Below are positions 50,338 to 60,658 of a stretch of DNA of 64,000 nt, piece by piece. A model generated the notes under the pieces. The model ran no database searches. It worked only from the letters and a program-made list of their open reading frames with translations, and was not told the DNA's origin. Numbering within the stretch: the stretch's first letter is position 1; every line of letters begins with the position of its first letter. A program made the position numbers and the translations under genes. The DNA comes from an uncultured delta proteobacterium (GTDB lineage Bacteria; Myxococcota; UBA727; VGSZ01), in the NCBI GenBank assembly GCA_963775425.1, contig CAVZJB010000006.1:64001-128000 (forward strand), written 5' to 3'.

Positions 50338-51797
50338 TTGAGCGACAGGATGAGCGGGATGCGCGCGTCGGTCGGTGGCCCCGGGAACGGCGCGAACTTC
50401 CACTTCTTCGCGGCGCGCACGATGCACTCGCCGCCGGGCGACGCCTGGGTGAGCGCGTCCTCGAAGCGCGCGCCGGAGACCCTGCCGTTCGGCTCCACGC
50501 CGACGACGAGGTACTTCTTGCCGTGCGGCACGCTGCCGCTCTTGGCCGCCTTCTCGATGCAGTCCTGGATGGCGGGCTGGTTCTGCTTCACCACCGCGGC
50601 GACGTTCTCCGGATCGAGATCGCTGCCGTCGATGAGCGTCTTTGTGGCCGCGGGCGCGTGCAGCGTGACCGCCGCCGCGTGCTTCTCGTCGTGCTGGAGC
50701 AACGCGAGCGAGGCGCGCTCCTTGGCGGAGATGTCCGCGGCGAGGCCGCCGCCGACGTCCGCGTGCGCGACGCCGCCGCTGCCGCTGCCGCCGCCGGTGT
50801 TGAACGCGCCGCTGAGATCGGAGGCGCTCACGCCGCCGGCGGCGCGGGCGCGGTGGCGGGCGGCGTTTTGCGCGCGCACCTTCTTTTCGCACAGCGCCGG
50901 GTCCGGCATCAGCTTGCACTTGAGCTTGGGATCCTCGTCGCCGCTGTCCCAGGCGACTTGCTCGGGCGGCTTGAAGTCGTCGTGCTTCTGGGCGACGACG
51001 GCGATGGCGCTGTGCAGGCCGGGGATCTCGATGACCTCGTTGTAGTCGAGGAAGCAGACGCCGGCCAGGAGCAGGAGGCCGCCGACGGCGACGCCGGCGT
51101 ACATGCGCTGCTTCTTGGCGCGGTTTTGCAGACCCGCCTGCATGATGAACACGCGGGTGCTGTCGCGCGGCGGCTGATCGCCGAAGCCGGGGTTGCTCAC
51201 GGCGGCGAAGGGATCGTTGACGGGGATGCCCGTCGCGGACTCGCGCGCGCGCTTGGCCTCGTCGAACGGAATGATCTCCGCGCCGGCCTGGCCCTCCTCC
51301 GACGGCGGTGGCGGCGGCGGCCGCTTGGGCGGCGGCGCCGGCCGCGCCTCCTCGAGCAGGAACGAGAACTGCGGGACCTCGCGCAGGCGCGTCCACGCCG
51401 ACATGGTCTCGTTCCACAGATAGGTGCGCTCGGTGATCCGTCCCTCGCGGTACAGGCGCGTCACGTCGTCGCGCTTGGCGGGGCCGTGCTGCTTGCCCTT
51501 GATGGCCACGTACCAGTCGACGTCGGCGCCGCGGGGCGGCGGTCGCCGCGCGGGCGGCGGGGACGGTGACGTCGTTCGGCGATTGGACGGAGCAGCCGTG
51601 CTTGATCGCGGCGCCGCGGCGGCGGGGGCGCCGCCGGCAGACTGCGCCACCGCCTGGTGGGAGCCCGACAACGCGCCCGGCTCGCGCACGACGAGGATGT
51701 TGCCGCAGGTCTTGCAGCGGATCTTCAAGACCTTGCCGCGCACCTTCTCGTCGCCGATCGAATACCGCGTCTGGCAGCGGTCACAGCTGAACTTCAC
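50334..51797 (-). CDS. Zinc-ribbon/GYF_2/AgmX-PglI C-terminal domain protein (AgmX-like)
   Basis: CDRC...C..C zinc ribbon, WYVAIKGKQHGP...W...M..W GYF_2, a TM helix and a TonB_C-like end (KWKFAPF). Confidence 0.85.
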   Translation of the reverse strand: MKFSCDRCQTRYSIGDEKVRGKVLKIRCKTCGNILVVREPGALSGSHQAVAQSAGGAPAAAAPRSSTAAPSNRRTTSPSPPPARRPPPRGADVDWYVAIKGKQHGPAKRDDVTRLYREGRITERTYLWNETMSAWTRLREVPQFSFLLEEARPAPPPKRPPPPPPSEEGQAGAEIIPFDEAKRARESATGIPVNDPFAAVSNPGFGDQPPRDSTRVFIMQAGLQNRAKKQRMYAGVAVGGLLLLAGVCFLDYNEVIEIPGLHSAIAVVAQKHDDFKPPEQVAWDSGDEDPKLKCKLMPDPALCEKKVRAQNAARHRARAAGGVSASDLSGAFNTGGGSGSGGVAHADVGGGLAADISAKERASLALLQHDEKHAAAVTLHAPAATKTLIDGSDLDPENVAAVVKQNQPAIQDCIEKAAKSGSVPHGKKYLVVGVEPNGRVSGARFEDALTQASPGGECIVRAAKKWKFAPFPGPPTDARIPLILSLN

Positions 51798-51870
51798 GTA
51801 GTCACCCGGGGTCGGCCGAGGATAGCAACGCGCGGTTGTCTTCGTCGATCTCCCACCTTATCTGGCCCCC

Positions 51871-52968
51871 ATGATTCGGCGAGTGGGAATCCTCACAGGC
51901 GGTGGCGACTGCCCTGGCTTGAACGCAGTGATCCGCGCCGTCGTCACGCGTGCGGAGCAGGTCGGGGTCGAGATCCTCGGGATCCGCGGCGGCTGGCGCG
52001 GCTTCCTCGAGAACGACACCGAGGTCCTCACGCGCATGCGCACGCGCGGCATCCTCCACGAGGGCGGCACCATCCTCGGGACCACCCGGGCCAACCCGTT
52101 CCAGGTCAAGGGCGGCCCCGAGCGCGTCGACGCGGCCTTCCGCGCCTGGCGCCTCGACGGTCTGATCGCGGTCGGCGGGGAGGGGACACTGACGCTTGCC
52201 ACGCGGTTCCACGAGCGCGGCCTTCGCGTGGTGGGCGTCCCCAAGACCATCGACAACGATCTCGACGGAACCGAGGTCACGTTCGGCTTCGACACCGCCG
52301 TCTCCGTCGCCACGGATCTCATCGATCGGCTGCGCACCACCGCGGAGGCGCATGAGCGCGTGATGGTCGTCGAGGTCATGGGCCGAAACGCCGGCTGGAT
52401 CGCCGTGCACGCCGGCCTCGCCGGCGGCGCCGACGTCATCGTCGTGCCGGAGCGCCCGGCCACCATCGACGACATCGTCCAGGTGGTGCTGACGCGCCGC
52501 GCCGAGGGCAAGCACTTCTCGCTCGTCGTCATCGCCGAGGGGGCGCTGATCCAGGAGAAGGAGGGGGTGTCACCGCACCTCGTCCTCGCCAACAACGAGC
52601 CCGACGCGTTCGGGCGCCCCCGCCTCGGCGGCGTCGCCAACTACGTCGCGCGGTGCGTCGAGGACGCCACGGGCATCGAGACGCGCGTGACCGTCCTCGG
52701 CCATGTCCAGCGCGGCGGCATCCCCACCGCGCGCGACCGCGTGCTCGCGCTGCGCTACGGCGTGCGCGCCATGGACGTCATCGCGGAAGGCCAAAGCGGC
52801 GTGATGGTGTCCTTGCGCGCCGACCAGATCGTGGTGGTGCCGCTGTCGGAGGCCACCAAGCAGCGCAAGCTCGTCGACGACGCGTGGCTCGCCCTCGCGG
52901 ACGTCTTCACCGACGTCAAGTACGCCCGCGGAAAGAGCGAGGGCCCCCGCGCCGCCACGGCGGAGTGA
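51871..52968 (+). CDS. pfkA: 6-phosphofructokinase
   Basis: LTGGGDCPGLNA, GGTILGT, PKTIDND, EVMGR, LGHVQRGG. Confidence 0.95.
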   Translation: MIRRVGILTGGGDCPGLNAVIRAVVTRAEQVGVEILGIRGGWRGFLENDTEVLTRMRTRGILHEGGTILGTTRANPFQVKGGPERVDAAFRAWRLDGLIAVGGEGTLTLATRFHERGLRVVGVPKTIDNDLDGTEVTFGFDTAVSVATDLIDRLRTTAEAHERVMVVEVMGRNAGWIAVHAGLAGGADVIVVPERPATIDDIVQVVLTRRAEGKHFSLVVIAEGALIQEKEGVSPHLVLANNEPDAFGRPRLGGVANYVARCVEDATGIETRVTVLGHVQRGGIPTARDRVLALRYGVRAMDVIAEGQSGVMVSLRADQIVVVPLSEATKQRKLVDDAWLALADVFTDVKYARGKSEGPRAATAE

Positions 52969-52974
52969 CGGCGC

Positions 52975-53631
52975 TCAGCCCTCGAGGACGCGCGCCGCGA
53001 GCCCGTCGAGGTGATCGCCGGGCGACATGACGAACTCGCAGCGGGCGTCGCCGCGCGCGAGGCAGCGGATTTCGCGCGCGTGCAGGTCGAGGTCGAACGC
53101 CTCGGAGCACCAACCCGCCGAGTACCCCGCGGAGAACAGGCACGCGGGCTCCGTGACGGTGCGCCCGTTGGCCGCGAGCACCTCCGACTCGAAGGTGTTC
53201 GGGTGGACGTAGTGCAAGCAGTAGCTGTCGTCGGGCGTGGGGGCGCTGTCGGGGAGGATGTCCACGAAGGCCCAACCCGCGTGCGCGAAGTGCACCGGCC
53301 CCGCCGCCAGCCGCGCGACGCCGTCGGTGACGCCGAGGCGGGCGGAGAACACGCCGCAGTCGGCGCGCCCAATCTCGCGGGCGGTGTTGTACAGGAGCTC
53401 GCGAGCCGCCTCCTTGCCGAAGCTCTGCTCGAGGGCGTGCGACCAGGCGAGGTAGAAGCTCTCGGCCCGCATCAGCACATAGCGGTCCTCGCCGACGTGG
53501 ATGGTGCCCTCCTCGGGGTTGCGCCGAAAGCGCGAGAACAGGCTCTCGACAAAGCCCTCCGCGACGGCGAACGACGGCTCGAACCGCTCCGGCACGCGGA
53601 CGCTCTTGAGCATCGTGTCCTCCTGCTTCAC
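52975..53631 (-). CDS. Stand-alone V4R (XylR-N-like) ligand-binding protein
   Basis: G.I.....RYVL, GWA, C....GY..GW, E..CLARGD..CEF. Confidence 0.85.
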   Translation of the reverse strand: MKQEDTMLKSVRVPERFEPSFAVAEGFVESLFSRFRRNPEEGTIHVGEDRYVLMRAESFYLAWSHALEQSFGKEAARELLYNTAREIGRADCGVFSARLGVTDGVARLAAGPVHFAHAGWAFVDILPDSAPTPDDSYCLHYVHPNTFESEVLAANGRTVTEPACLFSAGYSAGWCSEAFDLDLHAREIRCLARGDARCEFVMSPGDHLDGLAARVLEG

Positions 53632-53679
53632 TTCAGAAGATATCGTCGTCGTCGGAGCTGCGGAAGCGGGCGACCCGCG

Positions 53680-54372
53680 TCAGCGCTTGGCGAGGAAGCG
53701 GGCCTGGATGAGCAGCGCGTCCGGGTTCACCGGCTTGTTGACGACGAGGCTCGCTCCCAGGCGCAGCAACCGGTCGTTGACCTTGCCGCGCGCGCCGAGG
53801 ACGAAGCAGTGCACGTGGTTCTTTCCCGCCCAGCGCACGACGCCCTCGGCGCCGTCGGAGGCGGCGTCGAGCACGACGAGATTGGGGGGCGGATCGCCCT
53901 CGATGATCTCGCCCGCGGTCGCCGCGCTCCGGACGCGGCAGCCGCCGCGCGCGAACACCTCGGTGAGGTGGGCGCGGAAGGCTTCGTCATCGTCGCGCAC
54001 CACCACCGAGAGCGAGGTGCGCGCGAGACCGGCCATGGCCAGCTCGTCGCGCAGCTCCTCGAGGCGGACGGGCTTTTGCAGGAAGTGATCGGCGCCCGCC
54101 TCCTCGGAGCGCGCGCGCCACTCGCGCGGCTCGAGGGCGGACATGACGATGACGGGGAGGTCGGGCGCCGAAGCGCGGATCGCGCGAATGACCTCGAGCC
54201 CGTCGATGTCCGGCAGGTTGAGATCACAGAGGGCGACGTCGAGCTCGAGCAGCGCGGCGCTCAACGCGAGCCGCCCGGACGCGCAAGTGACGACCTCGTG
54301 GCCGTCGGCGCGCAGGGCCTTGGCGCACATCCGGAGGATGTCCGGATCATCGTCGACGACGAGGATCCTCAT
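53680..54372 (-). CDS. Tandem-REC response regulator
   Basis: First REC is canonical (VVDDD, CDLNLPDIDG, QKP); second REC is degenerate (VVRDDD, VVLD, NKP). Confidence 0.85.
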   Translation of the reverse strand: MRILVVDDDPDILRMCAKALRADGHEVVTCASGRLALSAALLELDVALCDLNLPDIDGLEVIRAIRASAPDLPVIVMSALEPREWRARSEEAGADHFLQKPVRLEELRDELAMAGLARTSLSVVVRDDDEAFRAHLTEVFARGGCRVRSAATAGEIIEGDPPPNLVVLDAASDGAEGVVRWAGKNHVHCFVLGARGKVNDRLLRLGASLVVNKPVNPDALLIQARFLAKR

Positions 54373-54884
54373 GGGCGGCCGGCGCCGGCTGCGATCTCGA
54401 TGGCGTGGCCGATGATGGTGAAGCCACGCTCCTTCAAGTGAGCGACGAGCCCGTCGACGTGATCGTGCACCGCGCGGCGGGCGGCGGCGTCCTCTACGAC
54501 GAACGTGGCGTGCATGCCCTCCGGCGTGCGCTTGAGCTTCATGTGCAACCCCCCGAGCACCTCGGCCTTGAACACGAGGTGAACCTCGTGACCGCCGCTC
54601 GACGATTCTTCAGCGGACACGAACACCATGTCCACCAGCTCGCCGAGCATCTCCTCCGTGCCCGGCGGGGGCGGCGCGAGGTCCCCGCCGTCCTCGAGCG
54701 CCGCCGGCGCCGCGCCGGCCGCCTGCCGCGCGATGTCCGGCGGCGCGCGCAGCACCGCGGGCCCCACGACGAACGGCCCCTCGGGGGCCTCCCTGGCGGC
54801 CGCGGCCTGCCCCGCGGGCTGGCGCGACGCGCCGAGCCGCGCGAGGGCGGCGCGCGCCTTCGGGTAGCGCTCGGCGGCCTTCAG
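54369..54884 (-). CDS. FliK/SctP C-terminal-like (T3S4) domain protein
   Basis: Ala/Pro-rich region, then EVHLVF..EVLGGL.MKL.....G.HATF........A......L...L.ERG. Start codon unclear. Confidence 0.55.
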   Translation of the reverse strand: MKAAERYPKARAALARLGASRQPAGQAAAAREAPEGPFVVGPAVLRAPPDIARQAAGAAPAALEDGGDLAPPPPGTEEMLGELVDMVFVSAEESSSGGHEVHLVFKAEVLGGLHMKLKRTPEGMHATFVVEDAAARRAVHDHVDGLVAHLKERGFTIIGHAIEIAAGAGRP

Positions 54885-56242
54885 GCCTCGGCCCCGCGGC
54901 GCAGGCCGTGACGGCGGGCGAGAACCCAGAAGTTCTTGCGATCGATGCCCGCGATGCGCGCGGCCTCGCTCATGTTGCCGTCGGCGCGCTCGAGGACGCG
55001 TCGCAGGTAGTCGCGCTCGAACTCGGCGACGACGCGGCGCTTCTCGTCGCGGAACGTGCCCGCCTGCGGCGGGGCGAACGCCGCCGGCCCGCCGTCGCCG
55101 ATGTCGATGACGTGGATGATGGGCTCGGTGGCGAGCACCACGAGCTGTTGCACCCGGTTTTCGAGCTCGCGCACGTTGCCCGGCCACAGGTGCGCCTTGA
55201 GCTGCGACAGCGCCGCCGGCGAGAAGCCGCGCACGTCCTTGTCGTACAGGCGGCGGAAGGTGTTCAGGAAGTATGACGCGAGCACCGGGATGTCGTCGCT
55301 GCGCTCGCGCAGCGGCGGCACCAGGATGGGCACGATGTTCAAGCGATAGTAGAGGTCCTCGCGGAACAGCCCGTCGTGGACCATCTGCTTGAGGTCGCGG
55401 TTGGTGGCCGCGATGATCCGGACGTCGGCGCGCAGCGGCTTGGGCGAGCCGAGCGGCTTGTACTCCTTGGACTGCAGGAAGCGCAGCAGCTTCACCTGCA
55501 CGGCTGGCGACACCTCGCCAATCTCGTCGAGGAAGAGCGTGCCGCCGTTGGCCTCCTCGACGAGGCCGGCGGTGTCGCGGTGGGCGTCGGTGAAGGCGCC
55601 GCGCTTGTATCCGAACAGCTCGCTCTCGAGCAGGGTGTCGGAGAGCGCGCCGCAGTTGACGGCGACGAAGCGCTTGTGGCGCCGGCGCGACAGCTCGTGG
55701 ATGCGCCGCGCGACCAGCTCCTTGCCGGTGCCGGACTCACCGGTGACGAGGACGGTGGCGTCGGTCTGCGCGGTCATGGGCAGCCGCCGCAGCAGCGACG
55801 TGAGCGCGGGCGTGTCGCCGATGATGAGCGTCTCGCCCGACGCGAGCATGCTCGCACGCAGCTCCTTCACCTCGCGCGCGAGGCTGACGCGCTCGAGGAG
55901 GCCGCGCAGGCGGTGGCTGAACACCTCGTGCGAGATGGGCTTGGTGATGTAGTCGTCGGCGCCGCGCTTCAGGAAGCGCACGGCGTCGTCGACGGTGGGC
56001 TGCGCGGTCATGATGAGCACCGGCGTCTCCGGGCTCTGCTTCTTCACCTCTTCGAGCACCTTCTCGCCGGAGACGTCGGGCATGAGCACGTCGGTGACGA
56101 TGGCGTCGATGTCGCCCTGGGCAAAGCGCGCGAGGGCCGCGCGGCCGCTCTCCGCGAAGACGGCCGTGAACGGCTCGCCGCGGCAGTACAGCTCGAGGAG
56201 GAACCTCGTCTGCGCGTCGTCGTCGGCGATGAGCACGAGCAT
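54881..56242 (-). CDS. Sigma-54-dependent response regulator (NtrC family)
   Basis: REC, GESGTGKE, ESELFGY.RGAFTDA, FLDEIG, WPGNVREL, Fis HTH. Confidence 0.93.
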   Translation of the reverse strand: MLVLIADDDAQTRFLLELYCRGEPFTAVFAESGRAALARFAQGDIDAIVTDVLMPDVSGEKVLEEVKKQSPETPVLIMTAQPTVDDAVRFLKRGADDYITKPISHEVFSHRLRGLLERVSLAREVKELRASMLASGETLIIGDTPALTSLLRRLPMTAQTDATVLVTGESGTGKELVARRIHELSRRRHKRFVAVNCGALSDTLLESELFGYKRGAFTDAHRDTAGLVEEANGGTLFLDEIGEVSPAVQVKLLRFLQSKEYKPLGSPKPLRADVRIIAATNRDLKQMVHDGLFREDLYYRLNIVPILVPPLRERSDDIPVLASYFLNTFRRLYDKDVRGFSPAALSQLKAHLWPGNVRELENRVQQLVVLATEPIIHVIDIGDGGPAAFAPPQAGTFRDEKRRVVAEFERDYLRRVLERADGNMSEAARIAGIDRKNFWVLARRHGLRRGAEA

Positions 56243-56301
56243 CGGCGAGGACGATATCGAAGGACCCTCCGTCGCGCACGCCCCGCGGCGTGCTGCGCCC
56301 G

Positions 56302-56920
56302 TCAGATCACCCGCACCCGCACGACGCCATCGTCTTGCCCCGGGGTGACGAGGACGGCGTTGTCGGCGCAGGCGAGGGCGACGCCGTGGTCGACTTCGTC
56401 GCGCGCGGGGCCGCAGTCCTCGCGCGCGCCGCCCTCGAACGGCTCGCGCCACGCGCGCCCCTCGTCGAGGATCACAGCGCGCCGCGCGCTCGTCATGCGA
56501 CGGGAGGGAGGGGCCGCGCGCGGTCCGCGCGAACGCGTCGACGGCGTCGCGGAGCCCGCGGGTGCTCGCCGGCGTCCCGTCCCACACGACGCGCCCCGGG
56601 CCCGCCCCCGGCGCCGCGAGGGCCGCGTCGATCTCGGCGTCGTCGAGCGCGGCGAGCTCGGGCTCGATCCCGGGCGCGCCGCGCTCGTCCGCGACGAGCA
56701 GCACGTCGCGCGCGCTCGCGAGCCAGCGCAGCCACGGCAGCGCGCCGGTGAAGCGCGGCACCACCGCGATCATCGCCGGGCAGGGGGCGCGCGCCGTCCA
56801 GCTCTCCCATGACGCCCCGAGGCCGAGCGCCTCGAGGAAGCCGGGCGTGCGCTTGCTGCTCCAGGGGCGCGCGGCGCCGAGATCGAGGAGGTCGACGATG
56901 CCGACGCGCGGGAGAGGCAT
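56302..56920 (-). CDS. Hypothetical protein, probably frameshifted near 56500
   Basis: The MPLPRVGIVDLLD... frame becomes Arg-rich after ~56500. A plausible C-terminus (AVILDEGRAW...VVRVRVI*) lies in another frame. Confidence 0.45.
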
Positions 56921-57031
56921 CCGTCCTTCGTGGCACGCCCGAGCGCCGCGGAACAAGCGCCACGGCGCGCACGCTCGGCGCTGCGCAACTCTCCCTTGCG
57001 GAGCACGGCTCGTTGCTGCGACAAGGGGCGC

Positions 57032-58639
57032 GTGAGCGAGCTGCCGCAGGGCGTCAAGGAGAGCATCGACCCCGTCGATCTGCGCATGGTGGCGCACGAC
57101 CTCTGGCCGCGCCGGCTCATCGAGCGCCGTGACGAGCAACCCGTCACGCTGCCGCAGCGGGTGTTCTGGCCGGACAACGACGACCAGGTCGCCGCCGTCG
57201 TGCGCGCCGCGCGCGTCGCGCGCAGGCCGCTCGTCCCCTTCGGCGCCGGCAGCGGCGTGTGCGGCGGCATCTCGCCGACGTCGACGTCGTGGATCCTCGA
57301 CCTCAAGCGCCTGTCGCGCGTGGTCTCCGTCGACGCCGCCCAGCGCACCTGCGTCGTCGAGGCCGGCGTCATCGGCGAGCGCCTCGAGGAGGCGCTCAAC
57401 GCGCGCGGCCTCACGCTCGGCCACTTCCCGTCGTCCTTGTATTGCTCCACCGTCGGCGGCTGGGTCGCCACCCGCGGCGCCGGCCAGCTCTCGTCGCGCT
57501 ACGGCAAGGTCGAGGACATGGTCCTCGCCGTCGAAGGCGTCGACGGCCGCGGCAAGAAGATCCGCGCCGCCGTCGACGAGCCCCAGACCGGCCCCGGCGC
57601 GCTCCAGCTCCTGATCGGCTCCGAGGGCGCCCTCGCCGTCATCACGCGCGTCACCTTCAGGGTCCACCCGCTCGCGTCGCACCGCTGGCTGCGCGCCTAC
57701 GCCTTCGACGACCTCGGCGGCGCCCTCGCCGCGATGCGCGCGGTCATGCAGGGCGGCGAGGCCCCGAGCGTGCTGCGCCTGTACGATCCCAACGACGCCG
57801 CCCTCGCCGGCTCCCTGCCGCAGCGCGAGGGCGACCCCGACCGCATCGTCGCCGGCGGCATCGCCCACGCCGACCTCGAGGACAGCGGGCCCAAGCCCGA
57901 GACCGACGAGGAGCCCACCCTCTTCGACACCCTCGCCGAGCGCGTCGACGAGCTGGCGCTCTTCGTGCGGCCGCGCGCCGCGCGCAAGATCGTCGGCGAG
58001 ATCCTCGGGCGCCCCACGCTCGCCAACGCCGTCCTCGACCGCATCCACGCCAAGCCCCGGCTCATCATCGGCCTCGAGGGCCGCGCCGACGAGATCGCCG
58101 CGCGCGTGCCCGCGTTGAAGGCGCGGCTGCAGGCCATGGGCGCGCGCGACCTCGGCGACGAGCCCGGCACCCGCTGGCTCATGCACCGCCACCGCGTGAG
58201 CTACCGGATGTCGCGCGCGTTCGCCGCCGGCACCTGGGTGGACACGTTCGAGGTGGCCACCGGGTGGGAGGGCGTGGTGCCGCTCTACCGCGACGTGCGC
58301 GAGGCGCTGCGCGACGTCGCCGTCGTCATGTGCCACATGAGCCACGCCTATCACGACGGCTGCTCCCTCTACTTCACGTTCGCGGGCTTCGGCGCGCAGG
58401 GCTCCGGTCCGCGCTCGGCGCTCTCGCGCTACGACCTCGCGTGGGAGCGCGCGCTCACCGTCGCCCGCCGCCACGGCGCCGCGCTGTCGCACCACCACGG
58501 CATCGGCCGCAGCAAGGCGCGCGCGCTCCGCCCGGCGGCGGGGGCCAACGCGCTCCTGCATGCGCTCAAGCGCGAGCTCGACCCCGACGACATCCTGAAC
58601 CCGGGCGTGCTCGGCCTCGGCGGCGAGGCCGCGCGGTGA
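57032..58639 (+). CDS. FAD-binding oxidoreductase, alkyl-DHAP synthase (AGPS)-like
   Basis: PFGAGSGVCGG, TLGHFPSS...STVGGWVATR.AGQ.S.RYG..ED, GSEG.L, RLYD, CH.SH.Y..G.SLYF, SHHHGIG, LNPG. Confidence 0.85.
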   Translation: MSELPQGVKESIDPVDLRMVAHDLWPRRLIERRDEQPVTLPQRVFWPDNDDQVAAVVRAARVARRPLVPFGAGSGVCGGISPTSTSWILDLKRLSRVVSVDAAQRTCVVEAGVIGERLEEALNARGLTLGHFPSSLYCSTVGGWVATRGAGQLSSRYGKVEDMVLAVEGVDGRGKKIRAAVDEPQTGPGALQLLIGSEGALAVITRVTFRVHPLASHRWLRAYAFDDLGGALAAMRAVMQGGEAPSVLRLYDPNDAALAGSLPQREGDPDRIVAGGIAHADLEDSGPKPETDEEPTLFDTLAERVDELALFVRPRAARKIVGEILGRPTLANAVLDRIHAKPRLIIGLEGRADEIAARVPALKARLQAMGARDLGDEPGTRWLMHRHRVSYRMSRAFAAGTWVDTFEVATGWEGVVPLYRDVREALRDVAVVMCHMSHAYHDGCSLYFTFAGFGAQGSGPRSALSRYDLAWERALTVARRHGAALSHHHGIGRSKARALRPAAGANALLHALKRELDPDDILNPGVLGLGGEAAR

Positions 58640-59499
58640 AGCACCTCGACACGCGCCCCAACGACCTCATCGAGCTGCTCCGCCGCGCCCGCGTCGAGGG
58701 CACGCCGCTCGCGCTGCGCGCGCCGCCGGGCACGGACAGCGCCATCGTTCGCCTCGTCGCAGGGCGCGAGGCCACCGTCAGCCTCGACGGTCACAACGGC
58801 ATCGCGGAGATAGACGGCGCGCTCACGCTGTCGTCGGCGGCGCGGCGGCTCGAGCGCATGGGCGCGGTGTTTCCGCTCGCGCGCCCGCTGCCGCCGCTGT
58901 CGTTGGCCGTGGCGTGCGCTGCGCTGCCGTTCTTCGTCGACGCCTACGTGCAGCAGGTGGAGGCCATCACCTTCGACGGCGATCCCTTCGACACGCCCCG
59001 CGCCCCGCGCGCCGCCGCCGGCCCCTCGCTCATCGCGGCGCTGTGCACGCGGCCGCCGCTGGCGCTCGCGGTGCGCGCGCGCGTGCGCGTGCTCCTCACC
59101 ACGCACGCGGTGCTCCACCGCGAGGAGCACGACAACGTGCGCGCCGCCGCCGCCCGCGTGCGCGCGCTCGTCGACGACGGGCGCGCCTTCACCGTGGACG
59201 CGTGCGGCACCTCGGTGCTCGTGCTCGGCGGCGCCGGCCGCGCGACGTCCCTGCCCGCCGAGAGCTTCACACACGAGGGCCGCGGGCGGAGCGCGTCGTT
59301 CTCCCGTTCGCGCTCGCTCCGTCCCGGCGACGAAGACGCGGTGGCCGCCGCGCTCGACGAGGGCGCGCGCGTGGTCGCGGCGCCGTTCATGGGGCGCGTG
59401 GCGGCGCTGTCGCGCGGCTTCGAAGCCATCCCGGTCGTCGAGGTCGAGCGCGGTGTGCGCGCCGTCGCCGACGCGCTCGTGAAAGGTCCCTCCGCATGA
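58636..59499 (+). CDS. Degenerate FAD-binding (GlcE-like) subunit
   Basis: Remnant PCMH-type FAD fold (APRAAAGPSL); lies between the GlcD-like and GlcF-like genes with 4-nt overlaps. Confidence 0.55.
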   Translation: MKHLDTRPNDLIELLRRARVEGTPLALRAPPGTDSAIVRLVAGREATVSLDGHNGIAEIDGALTLSSAARRLERMGAVFPLARPLPPLSLAVACAALPFFVDAYVQQVEAITFDGDPFDTPRAPRAAAGPSLIAALCTRPPLALAVRARVRVLLTTHAVLHREEHDNVRAAAARVRALVDDGRAFTVDACGTSVLVLGGAGRATSLPAESFTHEGRGRSASFSRSRSLRPGDEDAVAAALDEGARVVAAPFMGRVAALSRGFEAIPVVEVERGVRAVADALVKGPSA

Positions 59500-60658
59500 G
59501 CGACTCGCTGCTCGACGCGCTCGCGCGCCCCACCACGCTGTGCGCCTTCTGCCCGAAGATGTGCCGCTCCGCGTGCCCGGTGTCGGAGGCCGAGGGCCGC
59601 GAGACGGTGACGCCCTGGGGGAAGATGTCGCTCGTGCACCTGGCGCGTACGGGGCAGATGGGCTTGTCGACGATCGGCGCGCAGAAGAGCCTCGAGGCGT
59701 GCACGGGCTGCGGCTCGTGCGTCGAGAAGTGCGCACACGGAAACCCCGTGGCGGAGACGCTCTTCTCCGCCCGCGGCGTCGCCAACAGCGAGCGCGCGCA
59801 GCGGCACCGCGCGCAGCTCGAGAGGACCGGCGACGTCAAAGGCCGAAACCACGCCGCCGCGCTCGAGGGCGTGCCGCGGAGCCGCGCGTCGCGCGTCGCG
59901 TACTTCCCCGGCTGCGCGCGCGCGGCCGTCGACGGCGGCGCCGCCGTGCGCAAGGACCTGCGCGCGCTCGCGCGGGCCACCGGGGAGGACGTGGCCGCCT
60001 GCGACATCGGTCCCGCGTCGGGCGTGCAGTGCTGCGGCTATCCGTTGTACGCCGACGGACAGCTCGACGCCGTCGAGGAGAACCTCATGCGCATGGCGGA
60101 GGTCCTCGGCGGACACGAGGTGGTGATCACGCCCGATCCCGGCTGCGCCTACATGCTGTCCACGGTGCAGAGCGTGCTCGTCGGACGGCGCGGCAAGGCG
60201 CGCACGTTCCCCACGGTGATCCCGCTGGTCGAGGCGCTGGCCCAGGGCGCCCACCGCTTCGAGGGCGCCGCCCGCGGCGTCGTCGTGCGCTACCACGACG
60301 CGTGCTACCTGGGCCGCCGCGGCCGCACCTTCGACGCGCCACGCCGCCTGCTCTCGAGCGCCACCGGCCGGCCGCCGCTCGAGTTCTACTTGAACCGCGA
60401 GCACGCCGACTGCAGCGGCGCCGGCGGCCTGTACCCGATGTCGAACCCCGACGGGGCCAAGGCGATCGCCCGGCGCCGCGTCACCCATGACGGCTACGCC
60501 CACGACCCCGCCGAGCTCGTGGTCACCGCGTGCCCCTCGTCGCGCCGGAACTTCCAACGCGCCGGCATCCGCGCGGTGGATCTCGTCGACGTGCTCCTCG
60601 GGGAGCTACCCATGAGCGTCCGCGTCGCGCGCCCCGCAGCACGAGGTGTCAGCCATGA
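59496..60658 (+). CDS. (Fe-S)-binding GlcF/GlpC-like subunit with CCG domains; 3' end inferred
   Basis: CAFCPKMCRSACP, CTGCGSCVEKC, YFPGC, QCCG, YHDACYLGR, VTACP. As assembled, the frame has no stop until 61490. Confidence 0.8.

Noticed and set aside
54881-56242. GAFTDA as a defective activator motif
   Set aside because: GAFTDA is a frequent natural variant that keeps the critical F and T.
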